In this document: positions 18,119 through 26,864 of the stretch, piece by piece
How positions within the stretch are numbered: position 1 is the stretch's first letter
Layout of the letters: each line of letters begins with the position of its first letter
Source: Candidatus Woesearchaeota archaeon
GTDB lineage: Archaea; Nanobdellota; Nanobdellia; SCGC-AAA011-G17; VGLX01
Assembly: GCA_964428965.1 (NCBI GenBank)
Contig: CAYSAF010000003.1
Coordinates: 7,272 to 71,271, forward strand
Reading direction: 5' to 3'
Length of the DNA stretch: 64,000 nt
The notes under the pieces: generated by a model
What the model was told of the DNA's origin: nothing
Databases searched by the model: none
The model's input: only the letters and a program-made list of their open reading frames with translations
Translations under genes and position numbers: made by a program

Positions 18119-19336
18119 TTATTGTTCCTCTGTTGTGAATTCTCCTCGTATTCCTATGGTGTGCATTTCCATTATGACTACGCAGATGTTGTGTGCTATT
18201 ATTTTGCATAGGACTTCGTTGGTTTGTGCTGTCCAATTCTTACTACGGACAGAGTCTCCGAATTTGGTTTTTATCATAAAGACTGTGCTTTCTGCGTTTG
18301 AACGCCTGTGGTAGTGCGTTAGGAATTCGTCGTTGTGCAGGGAGAAGTAGTGGTATAGTTTTTTCCAGACCATTCCCTTCTTGTTAGGAATAGAATTGCT
18401 TTTGAATGGTATAAAGGCTTTTGTTCCTTGTCCTTCTATGAGTTCGAGGTTGTCTTTTGATAGGTATGCTTTGTCTCCTGATAGTTCTTGCATATCAAAA
18501 TGCTCTGCGGTCTTTTGGTAGAGTTCGGGTAGTTGTGGGCAATCATTATCAAATTCAGAGGTTATCTTAGCAGAGGTTATTATGTTGGTTTTAGTTCCAC
18601 AGAGGAAGTGGCATTTGACCCACTTTCTACTGCTTATTTCTCTTCCGTGTTTGAAGCTGAACCATCTCTGGAATTGGCTTGTTCCGAAGCCTGTTGCGTC
18701 TATGGTAAAATCCTTTTCAACACTTCTCAGAGGCAAACTTGTTATTGTTATAAGATTGGAGAGTATGGATGTTAGTTCTGGCTTGTTGAAGTAGTCAAAC
18801 ATGGTGTTGTAAGGTATCTTCTGGCTCACAAACTCATTTGCTTTTGCTTCTTCCATGTCCGTGTTAAATCTACGACCTGAGAACGTGCTGTAAACCTTAA
18901 AGACCATCGAATAAACCATATCGCTTAGGGGTGTTGTGGGTCTGCCGAAGCTGTAAGTTTGGTTTGGTATTCCGCTTGTGAGGTCTGATAGGAGTTTCAT
19001 AAAAAGTTCTTTCTCATGGGTCTGTGCGAGGTTGTAGTTCTTCCAATCCTGAGGGTATGTTTTCTTTATTGTTTGGGTTATTGTTACGTTCCCATTTTGG
19101 TCTATTTGTTGTGTTACTATGAGTTCTACTGCCCAGATGTGCTTACACTTGCAGCCCCTGTCTTGGTGGTCTAGGCAATTGCATGAAGCCCCAAATCCGT
19201 TGCTCTTAACGATGTAAATGCCTTTTCCACTTTGGCTTGGGACTTTCCAATCTCCCTTTTCGTTTCTTTCTATTCTGCTTGTTTGGGCTATTTGTAAGCC
19301 CCTTTCTTTTCTTCCGTCTTGTTGTTGATTTTCCAT
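18119..19336 (-). CDS. DDE transposase (IS4/IS5-superfamily-like) with an N-terminal SWIM zinc finger
   Basis: The SWIM-type C-x-C-x(n)-C-x-H motif is CNCLDHQDRGCKCKHIWAVE. The DDE triad candidates are IDATG, LSGDKAY and YHRRSNAEStvFmIKtKFG, which follow the Y-x2-R-x3-E signature. Confidence 0.7.
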   Translation of the reverse strand: MENQQQDGRKERGLQIAQTSRIERNEKGDWKVPSQSGKGIYIVKSNGFGASCNCLDHQDRGCKCKHIWAVELIVTQQIDQNGNVTITQTIKKTYPQDWKNYNLAQTHEKELFMKLLSDLTSGIPNQTYSFGRPTTPLSDMVYSMVFKVYSTFSGRRFNTDMEEAKANEFVSQKIPYNTMFDYFNKPELTSILSNLITITSLPLRSVEKDFTIDATGFGTSQFQRWFSFKHGREISSRKWVKCHFLCGTKTNIITSAKITSEFDNDCPQLPELYQKTAEHFDMQELSGDKAYLSKDNLELIEGQGTKAFIPFKSNSIPNKKGMVWKKLYHYFSLHNDEFLTHYHRRSNAESTVFMIKTKFGDSVRSKNWTAQTNEVLCKIIAHNICVVIMEMHTIGIRGEFTTEEQ

Positions 19337-19458
19337 TTTCTTACCTCCAAACTTATAGTAATATAGTTAGATATATAACTATATAAATACTATTGAGAGA
19401 CAAACTATATATTACAAGATAGGTATATTTATATATTACTAAATAACTATCTTACCCT

Positions 19459-19599
19459 ATGGAGAGGGTTACAGTTGGGCTAAAGATAGACCCTGACCTG
19501 TGGAAAGAGGTAAAACACAGATGCATAGATGAAGGGTTAGAATATTCTGAATTTGTGGAACGGGCTTTAAAGGAAGCCCTAAAAAAGAAGAAGCCTTAA
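19459..19599 (+). CDS. Small ribbon-helix-helix (CopG/Arc-like) protein, 46 aa
   Basis: The sequence MERVTVGLKIDPDLWKEVKHRCIDEGLEYSEFVERALKEALKKKKP has an N-terminal beta-strand followed by two helices, as in the RHH fold. It is divergent from the transposase and lies inside the element. The ORF track omits it because it is under 60 aa. Confidence 0.4.
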   Translation: MERVTVGLKIDPDLWKEVKHRCIDEGLEYSEFVERALKEALKKKKP

Positions 19600-19695
19600 G
19601 GCACGATAATTATTTCTGTAAAATAAAACAACCTTTCCACTATCCATTTTTATTCTGCCCGATAAGTGTTAATCCTGCCTGATAAGTCAGACTTT

Positions 19696-19717
19696 TCGGG
19701 GACTATTCGGGCAAAGC
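19696..19717. repeat. Right terminal inverted repeat of the transposon
   Basis: GGGGACTATTCGGGCAAAGCT is the imperfect reverse complement of the left end at 14803..14825. Confidence 0.5.
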
Positions 19718-19802
19718 TGGGTGAAGGAAAAAATTTATAAAGCTCATAACTTTATTGTTTTTTGGTCGAGAAGGAGAAGAAGAGATTTTTCTCTGATTTT
19801 GG

Positions 19803-20141
19803 GTGAATAAAATCAAACCTGTTTTGCCAAGCCTGAGGGAAAAGAAGCGTTACCTCATGTTTGAGGTGGTTGCTACGCACTCCTTGAGCTTTGATGAGGT
19901 TAGGCGCAGTATTAATGCATCTTTGCTTCAGTTTCTTGGTGAGTTGGGCTTTGCTAAGGCAGGAGTCATGATTTTGGAAGATTGGAAGCACAACAAGGGT
20001 ATGATTAAAGTGAATAATAAATACGTTGATGATGTAAGGGCCGGTCTGGCTTTGATCAGCAAGTTTGGTAACGAGCCGGTTATAGTTAGGACCTTGGGCG
20101 TTTCCGGTATATTGAGAAAAGCGAGGGCCAAGTATTCATAA
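19803..20141 (+). CDS. rnp2: RNase P protein component 2 (Pop5/Rpp14 homolog)
   Basis: It has the characteristic N-terminal REKKRYLMFEV motif. The 112-aa size and its position at the head of the psmA-exosome superoperon both fit Pop5. Confidence 0.6.
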   Translation: MNKIKPVLPSLREKKRYLMFEVVATHSLSFDEVRRSINASLLQFLGELGFAKAGVMILEDWKHNKGMIKVNNKYVDDVRAGLALISKFGNEPVIVRTLGVSGILRKARAKYS

Positions 20142-20147
20142 AGGAGG

Positions 20148-20870
20148 TTGATTGTTATGGAACAAATGCAGCATCAGATGATGGGTTATGACCGTACAAG
20201 TACCATGTTCAGTCCTGACGGTCGTTTGTTACAGGTAGAGTATGCTAAGAAGGCTGTTAAGCAGGGGACTACAGCTATAGGCATGGTCTGTCGTGACGGC
20301 GTTTTACTTGTTGCTGACAGAAGGATGACTGAGAAGTTGATTGTTGCTAGGTCTGTTGAGAAGGTATTTCAGGTTGATGATCACATCGCAGCAACTTCTT
20401 CCGGCTATGTTATGGACGGAAGGATTCTGATTGAACGTGCCCAGTTGATCGCTCAGCAGTACAAGGTTGGCAATGATGAGCCTATTGATGTTATCGAACT
20501 GGTTAAGGAGATTGCTGACGTTAAGCAGTTCTTCACCCAGTACGGGGGTGCCCGTCCTTTTGGCGTTTCGATATTGTTTGCTGGTGTTGATGATAAGCCC
20601 TCTCTGTTTATGACAGATCCTACAGGGATATTTTTCGAGTTCAAGGCTACTGCTATCGGCGAAGCTGAGAACGAGATCAAGGACATCCTTAACAAGGAGT
20701 ACAAGGAGACTCTGAGCATAGATGATGGTTTGAAGCTTGCCGTTAAGGCTTTGAAGAAGGTTCTCGGCAAGGATTTCGGCATCGAAAGGATTGATGGTGC
20801 TTACATAAATCTTCAGGATAAGATGTATACTAAGCTTGACAGGAGTAGGTTGGCTAAGTTGGGAGCTTGA
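20148..20870 (+). CDS. psmA: Proteasome subunit alpha
   Basis: It has the N-terminal YDRTSTMFSPDGRLLQVEYA signature and is 240 aa. Confidence 0.85.
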   Translation: MIVMEQMQHQMMGYDRTSTMFSPDGRLLQVEYAKKAVKQGTTAIGMVCRDGVLLVADRRMTEKLIVARSVEKVFQVDDHIAATSSGYVMDGRILIERAQLIAQQYKVGNDEPIDVIELVKEIADVKQFFTQYGGARPFGVSILFAGVDDKPSLFMTDPTGIFFEFKATAIGEAENEIKDILNKEYKETLSIDDGLKLAVKALKKVLGKDFGIERIDGAYINLQDKMYTKLDRSRLAKLGA

Positions 20871-21574
20871 ATATGACGAGTGTTGACGAAGCAGTTATTG
20901 CCAGGTACAGGGTTAAGAACATTAATTTTGAGATCTTGGTAGACTGTGATAAAGCGCTTGAGTTTAAGGAGGGTAATGCTTCCCTTGACGATGCTTTGGT
21001 TACCAATTCCGTTTTCAGCGACGTGAAGAAGGGTGAGCATGCTAAGGAAGCTGATTTGATGTCTGCTTTCAAGACTAGTGACTACAGGCATATTTCTGAG
21101 CAGATTATCAAGCACGGTGAGATCCAACTTACTGCTGAACACAGAAACAAGATGCGTGAGGAAGTCAGGAAGAAGATAGTTAACATGATTCATCGTAACG
21201 CTATAGATTCTAAGACTGGTTTGCCTCATCCGCCACAGCGTATCGAGCTTGCTATGGAACAGGCAAAGGTTAGGGTTGATGAGTTTAAGAAGGCTGAGGA
21301 GCAGCTTCATGAGATCGTTGAGAAGCTCAGGCCCATCCTACCTATCAAGTTTGAGGTTCGCGAGCTTGCTGTCAAGATCCCAGCTAAGTACACATCTCAG
21401 TCTTATCACATATTGAAGGGTTACGGTAAGATTCTCCGTGATGAGTGGCAGAATGACGGCTCGCTTGTTTGTCTTATTGAGCTGCCTTCCGGTCTCAGCG
21501 AGGAGTTTGAGGATGCTTTGAATAAGTTGACTCACGGTGAGGTTGATATGAAGTTAATAGGTAAGCGAGGTTAG
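20867..21574 (+). CDS. sdo1: Ribosome maturation protein SBDS/Sdo1
   Basis: It has the N-terminal FYSH domain block (ARYRVKNINFEILVD), is 235 aa, and sits at the conserved position between psmA and rrp4. Confidence 0.75.
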   Translation: MNMTSVDEAVIARYRVKNINFEILVDCDKALEFKEGNASLDDALVTNSVFSDVKKGEHAKEADLMSAFKTSDYRHISEQIIKHGEIQLTAEHRNKMREEVRKKIVNMIHRNAIDSKTGLPHPPQRIELAMEQAKVRVDEFKKAEEQLHEIVEKLRPILPIKFEVRELAVKIPAKYTSQSYHILKGYGKILRDEWQNDGSLVCLIELPSGLSEEFEDALNKLTHGEVDMKLIGKRG

Positions 21575-21575
21575 A

Positions 21576-22268
21576 ATGAAAGAAGATATGGTTAATGATA
21601 AAGACATCGTGGTTCCGGGTGAGGAGCTTGCTGTTGGTATGGACTATGTTCCATCTACCGGCACTTATCGTGACAGTGATAAGATAATTGCTGCCCAGCT
21701 TGGTATTGTTAATATTGCTGGCCGTGTTATCAAGATCATCCCCCTGAATGGTCGTTACATGCCCAAGATTGGTGACGTTGTTATCGGCAAGGTTGCCAAC
21801 ATGACCTTTTCAAGCTGGTTTATTGATATAGGCTATGCTTACGAAGCTGTCATCTCTTTGAAGGATGCTACCTCTGAGTTTATAGAGAGGGGTGCTGATT
21901 TGAGTAGGTACTTTGATTTTGGTGACTTGGTTGTTGCTAAGATTGTTAACGTTACCAAGTCTAATGCTATTGATTTGAGTATGAAAGGTCCTGGCTTGCA
22001 CAAGCTGAAGGGTGGTAGAATAATTTATGTCACTCCTTCGAAAGTTCCTCGTATCATCGGTAAGCAGGCTAGCATGATTAACCTTGTTAAGGAGAAGACG
22101 GGTTGCAAAATAACCGTAGGTCAGAACGGCTGGGTTTGGATCGAGTCTGAAAATCCTAAGAAAGAGCTGATTGCTAGCAAGGTCCTTGAATACATAGATG
22201 AGAACGCTCACAAGAACGGTCTGACCGATGACGTTTCTAACATGTTGGCTAAGGAGTTGAGGGGATGA
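21576..22268 (+). CDS. rrp4: Exosome RNA-binding subunit Rrp4 (S1 + KH domains)
   Basis: It has an S1-like central region and a KH motif (KVPRIIGKQASMINLVKEKTGCKITVGQNGWVWI). Confidence 0.8.
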   Translation: MKEDMVNDKDIVVPGEELAVGMDYVPSTGTYRDSDKIIAAQLGIVNIAGRVIKIIPLNGRYMPKIGDVVIGKVANMTFSSWFIDIGYAYEAVISLKDATSEFIERGADLSRYFDFGDLVVAKIVNVTKSNAIDLSMKGPGLHKLKGGRIIYVTPSKVPRIIGKQASMINLVKEKTGCKITVGQNGWVWIESENPKKELIASKVLEYIDENAHKNGLTDDVSNMLAKELRG

Positions 22269-22885
22269 AGTTGTTTAATTTTGCAATAGGTAATGTTTAT
22301 AACGACAAGGGGAGGTATCTTAAAGAGATTAAGTACAAGCACGAAATGGTAGGGGAGGTGTTGGGTGATAAGTCTGGTAAGGTGTTGGATTTGGGTTTTA
22401 ATCAAGCACCAAACACCTTTTTTAAAGGTTTTGTTTACGGAGTGGATAAGGAAATTAGTGGTAAGCCAAGCAATTATGTTGAAGTGGTAAAAGCGGATTT
22501 GGATTGTTGTGACTCTCTGCCTTACTCTGATAAAAGTTTTTGTACCATATTGGCTTATGATATATTGGAACATCTGGAGTGTATGCCGAAAGTTCTTAAT
22601 GAGTTACACCGCATCCTTGCTGATGATGGTATCTTAGCAGTTACTGTGCCTAATTATGGCGGTATTAATATGACAGTAATCAAATTTTTTAATAAAGACC
22701 ATTCAGAGCATCACATTTACGATTTTGATAGGGAGTTTGTGGAAGCTGGTTTTGTTATAACTGAAAAGTTTTTTTTCAGGTTCAAAATGCCTTTTATCTA
22801 TTTTGTTATAATCAATAAGCGTGTTCCCAAACTGTTATCAACAGGGGTGGCATACATACTAAAAAAGCGGGGTTTGAAGAGATGA
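22265..22885 (+). CDS. Class I SAM-dependent methyltransferase (Methyltransf_11-like)
   Basis: Motif I is VLDLGFN and the post-I acidic residue is in YGVDKE. A C-terminal LAVTVPN block is present. It overlaps rrp4 by 4 nt (ATGA). Confidence 0.55.
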   Translation: MKLFNFAIGNVYNDKGRYLKEIKYKHEMVGEVLGDKSGKVLDLGFNQAPNTFFKGFVYGVDKEISGKPSNYVEVVKADLDCCDSLPYSDKSFCTILAYDILEHLECMPKVLNELHRILADDGILAVTVPNYGGINMTVIKFFNKDHSEHHIYDFDREFVEAGFVITEKFFFRFKMPFIYFVIINKRVPKLLSTGVAYILKKRGLKR

Positions 22886-23574
22886 TTGACGCTTGTGATA
22901 AGATATGGCTTGAAGGTAAGTACAAGTGGACTCCTTCTTATCACACTCATGTTTTCTGGCTTAAGAAATCCATGAAGGCTTTGGGTAGTAGTTTGCTTGA
23001 TGTGGGTTGTGGTGATGGTTCATACGTGAACAACATCATCACAAAAAAAGTAGATTATACGGGCATAGATCATTCAGAAATAGCAATCGGTGAGGGGGTT
23101 AAGAAAGGTTTTAATGTCATGTTAGGTGATGCTGAATGTTTCGGTTTTGAAAAGAAATTTGATGTGATAATAGTTAATGATGTTTTGGAACACATAAACG
23201 ATGACGTGGCGTGTCTGAAATGCTGTTGCAAAAATCTGAGAAGCGGAGGCACTTTGATAGTTAGTACCCCCATACACATGAAGTATTGGTCGGGTAATGA
23301 TGACGAGTTTGGTCATAAGAGAAGATACGACCCTGATGGGATAATAAGAATGTTAGAAGCAGAAGGTTTTGAGATTGTTGAGGTTAGATATTGGGGTTTT
23401 CTCATACCGAACTTCTTGTTTCACTTCAGAGAAGTATTTAAGAAACACAAACGTAACCTTATAGGGGTGGCTAAGATTATAGGTCTTGCTGATTGTGCTT
23501 TCTCAAATAGATTGTTTAGTGTGAAATCCAAAGGTATGTTAATCAAAGCAACTAAGAAGGAGGAGTTGAAGTAA
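22882..23574 (+). CDS. Class I SAM-dependent methyltransferase
   Basis: Motif I is LLDVGCGDGSY, motif II is YTGIDHS, and motif IV is FDVIIVNDVLEH. It overlaps the upstream MTase by 4 nt and is followed directly by rrp41. Confidence 0.6.
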   Translation: MIDACDKIWLEGKYKWTPSYHTHVFWLKKSMKALGSSLLDVGCGDGSYVNNIITKKVDYTGIDHSEIAIGEGVKKGFNVMLGDAECFGFEKKFDVIIVNDVLEHINDDVACLKCCCKNLRSGGTLIVSTPIHMKYWSGNDDEFGHKRRYDPDGIIRMLEAEGFEIVEVRYWGFLIPNFLFHFREVFKKHKRNLIGVAKIIGLADCAFSNRLFSVKSKGMLIKATKKEELK

Positions 23575-23575
23575 T

Positions 23576-24274
23576 ATGGTTTACGAAAAGAGATTTGATG
23601 GTAGGGAGTGGGATGAAATAAGACCTATGGAGGCTAAAGTTGGCGTAGTTAAGAGGGCTGACGGTTCTGCTATGTTTAAGATGGGTAAGACGGTTGCTTA
23701 CGCTGCTGTTTATGGTCCCCGTGCTTTGCATCCAACATTCATGAGAGATCCGCAGAGAGGTCTTTTGAGATGCCATTATAATATGATGAGTTTTTCAGGC
23801 TCTGGCGAGAGAGTTCGTCCTGGTCCTTCAAGAAGGAGCAAGGAGATTTCCCTTGTAACAACAAACGCCTTGTTACCTGTTCTTGATTTAACACCCTATC
23901 CGAATACCGTTGTTGATGTTTTCATCGAGCTTATCCAAACTGATGCTGGCACAAGATGTGCTGGTATTACCGCTGCTGCGATGGCTCTTGCTGACGCAGG
24001 CTTGATGATGAAGGACCTTGTTGCTGCTGTCTCTGTTGGGAATGTTGGCGACAAGCTTGTTGTCGACCTTAACAAAGAAGAGGAGGATTTTGAAGGAGGG
24101 GCTACGGACATTCCAGTTGCCATGACCCCTCGTAACGGAGATATTACTTTATTGCAGCTTGACGGTAATATTTCTAAGGATGATTTGAATAAGGTTTTGG
24201 AGATGGCTAGGAAGGCTACCTCTCAGATTTATGAGGTTCAGAAGAGGGCTTTGAAGGCCAAGTACGGGGTGTAA
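23576..24274 (+). CDS. rrp41: Exosome catalytic subunit Rrp41 (RNase PH domain)
   Basis: It has the RNase PH fold hallmarks (RxDGR...ADGSA and GTRCAG blocks) and is 232 aa. Confidence 0.8.
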   Translation: MVYEKRFDGREWDEIRPMEAKVGVVKRADGSAMFKMGKTVAYAAVYGPRALHPTFMRDPQRGLLRCHYNMMSFSGSGERVRPGPSRRSKEISLVTTNALLPVLDLTPYPNTVVDVFIELIQTDAGTRCAGITAAAMALADAGLMMKDLVAAVSVGNVGDKLVVDLNKEEEDFEGGATDIPVAMTPRNGDITLLQLDGNISKDDLNKVLEMARKATSQIYEVQKRALKAKYGV

Positions 24275-24275
24275 A

Positions 24276-25058
24276 ATGGTAGAGGAAGCTAATAAAAAAT
24301 ACATTACTGCCTTGATTGAGAGGTGTATGAGGGTTGACGGTAGGCCCTTGAATAAGTACAGGGATATCAGCATAGAGTATGGCATTTCTGCTAAGTCAGC
24401 TGAGGGCTCTGCTCGTGTTACTATTGGTGAAACAATTGTTGTTGCAGGTATTAAGTTTGAAGTCGGTGAACCTTTCCCGGATAAGCCTGATGAGGGTACA
24501 ATTATCGTTAACGCTGAACTGTTGCCTTTGTCTTCTCCTGAGTTTGAATCTGGACCGCCTGACGTTGATTCGATTGAGCTTGCAAGGGTTGTAGACAGGG
24601 GCATTCGTGAGTCAAACTCTCTTGATTTCAAGAAGCTCTGCGTAAAAAAGGGTGAGAAGGTTTGGCTTATCTTCATTGATATTTATCCCATCAACGATGC
24701 CGGCAACTTGTTTGACGCAGCTGCCCTGGCTGCTTTTGCTGCCTTGAAAGATGCCCGGTTCCCAAAGTATGACGAGGCTCTTGATAGGATTGTTTATGAC
24801 GAGCGTACCGATATGAAGCTTCCCCTTGGTAACCTTCCAGTTGCTTGCACGGTGATTAAGGTTAACGACAAGTTTTTGGTGGATCCTGTAACCGAAGAGG
24901 AAGATGCCATGGATTCTAGGCTTACAGTTGCTTCCCTGGAAAACGGGAATATTTGTGCCATGCAGAAGGGTGGTCCCAAACCTTTGAATCTTTCTGACGT
25001 CACAAAGATGGTTGACCTTGCCCTGGAGAAGTGTAGTGAACTTCGCAAGTTATTATGA
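24276..25058 (+). CDS. rrp42: Exosome subunit Rrp42 (inactive RNase PH-like)
   Basis: It is the second RNase PH-like paralog immediately after rrp41, and is 260 aa. Confidence 0.75.
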   Translation: MVEEANKKYITALIERCMRVDGRPLNKYRDISIEYGISAKSAEGSARVTIGETIVVAGIKFEVGEPFPDKPDEGTIIVNAELLPLSSPEFESGPPDVDSIELARVVDRGIRESNSLDFKKLCVKKGEKVWLIFIDIYPINDAGNLFDAAALAAFAALKDARFPKYDEALDRIVYDERTDMKLPLGNLPVACTVIKVNDKFLVDPVTEEEDAMDSRLTVASLENGNICAMQKGGPKPLNLSDVTKMVDLALEKCSELRKLL

Positions 25059-25094
25059 TAAAGTTTTTATATTCCTTCTTGTTTTTCTTTCCTT

Positions 25095-26243
25095 ATGAAA
25101 ATTAAAAAGTTGGTGGCCAGGGAGATAAAAGATTCCCGTGGCAACCCAACGATTGAAATAACTGTCAACCGTAAGTTTTCTGCCTCCTGCCCTTCTGGTG
25201 CGTCTACAGGCAAGAATGAGGTTGCTGCTTTTCCAGTTGGAGGTCCTCCTGTTGCTGTTAGCTTTCTTAACAAGTTTAAGGATTTTGAGGGTTTGAACTT
25301 TGAGAAGTTTGAGGACCTTTCACAGGTCGAGTACCTTCTTCGTAATGTTGGTGCTAACTCGATAGTTGCTTTGCAACTAGCTATTCTTAAGGCCTTGTCT
25401 GATGATAACATTTGGCAGTTTTTGAATGCCAGGGCTAACTACCTTCCAATCCCTCTGGGTAACTGTGTTGGCGGTGGCATCCATACGAAGTTTTCTGCCT
25501 CTGACTTCCAGGAATTTTTGTTGTTGCCAAGGGCTAAGGTTTTGCACGATGCTATCTTTGCCAATAATTACATCTACAACTATGTTAGTAAGAAGATTGG
25601 GACTAAGTTGAAGACTGATGAGGGTGCTTGGGCTCCTTATATGGATGCCGGTTCTGTTCTTCAGGTTTTGAGGGATGCTTCTGATTTTGCTTATGACGAG
25701 GTTGGTGTTAAGGTTGACCTTGGCTTGGATGTTGCTGCTTCTCAGATGTGGCACGGCATGATGTATAGTTACAAGTTTTATTCTAAAACTACTAAAGCGA
25801 GGAAGCTTTCAAGAACCGAACACATCGCTTTTCTTTCTGACTTGATAAAAGAGTTTGATTTACGCTATGTTGAGGACCCAGTCCAAGAAGATGATTTTGA
25901 TGGTTTCAAGAGTTTCCTAATCCACAGTAATCTTCTTGTTTGCGGTGATGATTTGGTCTGTACTAACATCGAGAGGTTGAAGAAGGCTGTTGGCAAGATT
26001 AACGCTGTTATCATTAAGCCCAATCAGATAGGTTCCCTTGTTAAGGCTAAGGAAGTTGTTGACTTTGCCAAGGCTAATGACATTACCCCTGTTATTTCTC
26101 ATCGTTCTGGGGAAACAATGGACACTTGGTTGTCCCACTTGGCTGTTGGTTGGCAGATTCCTATAATTAAGTGCGGTATTTTTGGTAAGGAGCGTGTTGT
26201 TAAGTTGAAGGAGTTGAAGAAGATTCAGGAGCAAATTAAATAA
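25095..26243 (+). CDS. eno: Enolase (phosphopyruvate hydratase), short form
   Basis: It has the N-terminal DSRGNPTIEI...PSGASTGKNE block and the C-terminal IKPNQIGSL and SHRSGETMDT blocks. Confidence 0.65.
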   Translation: MKIKKLVAREIKDSRGNPTIEITVNRKFSASCPSGASTGKNEVAAFPVGGPPVAVSFLNKFKDFEGLNFEKFEDLSQVEYLLRNVGANSIVALQLAILKALSDDNIWQFLNARANYLPIPLGNCVGGGIHTKFSASDFQEFLLLPRAKVLHDAIFANNYIYNYVSKKIGTKLKTDEGAWAPYMDAGSVLQVLRDASDFAYDEVGVKVDLGLDVAASQMWHGMMYSYKFYSKTTKARKLSRTEHIAFLSDLIKEFDLRYVEDPVQEDDFDGFKSFLIHSNLLVCGDDLVCTNIERLKKAVGKINAVIIKPNQIGSLVKAKEVVDFAKANDITPVISHRSGETMDTWLSHLAVGWQIPIIKCGIFGKERVVKLKELKKIQEQIK

Positions 26244-26272
26244 ACAAGATCTTGATGAAGTACCCTTCTGAA

Positions 26273-26662
26273 CTATTCAACAGTTTTCAATATTATCGTT
26301 CTTTCTCTTGGCCCGTCAAACTCGCAGAGTGAGACGCTCTGCCACCTTCCCAGCATGAGCTTTCCATTTTTGATGGGTATTGTTTGGCTCACGCCAATTA
26401 TGCTTGATTTTATGTGTGCGTCTGCGTTGTTGTCAACTTTGTCATGTTTCCATTTTCCTTGTGGTATTAATTTTTTAAAGAATTCCAGTATGTCATCATT
26501 CACATTTGGATCATAATTTTCGTTTATCGTTATGCCTGCTGTTGCGTGTGGCACGTAGAGAAAGACAATTCCCTCTTTAATGTCTTTTATTTGTTCTTCT
26601 ACTTTTTTTGTTATGTCTATTAGTTCTTCTCTTTTTGTGCTTCTTATTTTTATTTCTTTCAT
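26273..26662 (-). CDS. YjbQ/UPF0047 family (secondary thiamine-phosphate synthase-like)
   Basis: The HATAGITINENYDP...ADAHIKSS...GRWQ blocks are typical of YjbQ, and the protein is 129 aa. Confidence 0.65.
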   Translation of the reverse strand: MKEIKIRSTKREELIDITKKVEEQIKDIKEGIVFLYVPHATAGITINENYDPNVNDDILEFFKKLIPQGKWKHDKVDNNADAHIKSSIIGVSQTIPIKNGKLMLGRWQSVSLCEFDGPRERTIILKTVE

Positions 26663-26713
26663 TAGAAATTTGCTTATGCTTTTCTAGCTATTAAACTTTT
26701 CTTCTAAGTCAAC

Positions 26714-26747
26714 TTTGCACATAAACAGGGTTTTGCACATAAATAGG
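26714..26747. promoter_or_regulatory. Two tandem copies of the 16-nt motif TTTGCACATAAAYAGG upstream of the yjbQ-like gene
   Basis: The copies are at 26714..26729 and 26732..26747. A third copy lies at 27547..27563, upstream of the adjacent HD gene. Confidence 0.4.
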
Positions 26748-26864
26748 ATTTAATTAAAGTGTAAAGTGTGAAACAATTTTGAAATACAATTGGGGCTTTT
26801 TTCATATACTAACAGTTATATTCAATTTGTCCCCAAGCTTATCTTTCAGAAGAGGAAGTGCCCG

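Larger units (their letters stand above)
14803..19717. mobile_element. About 4.9 kb cargo transposon carrying a DDE transposase, a Type IIG RM enzyme and an RHH protein
   Basis: The terminal inverted repeats are imperfect: AGCTTTGCCTGATAAGTGACCCC at 14803..14825 versus the reverse complement AGCTTTGCCCGAATAGTCCCC of 19697..19717. They are flanked by the direct 9-bp repeat GGGTGAAGG. Subterminal TGCCYGATAAGT repeats lie at 14809, 19655 and 19675. A SWIM-finger DDE transposase gene is inside. Confidence 0.55.

Noticed and set aside
18117-18236. N-terminal 40 aa of the ORF-track RM gene call (15492..18236), overlapping the transposase 3' end in the same orientation
   Set aside because: A later ATG (MLKKQN at 18116) sits 2 nt after the transposase stop. 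The upstream extension is His/Asn/Arg-rich read-through in another frame of the transposase gene.
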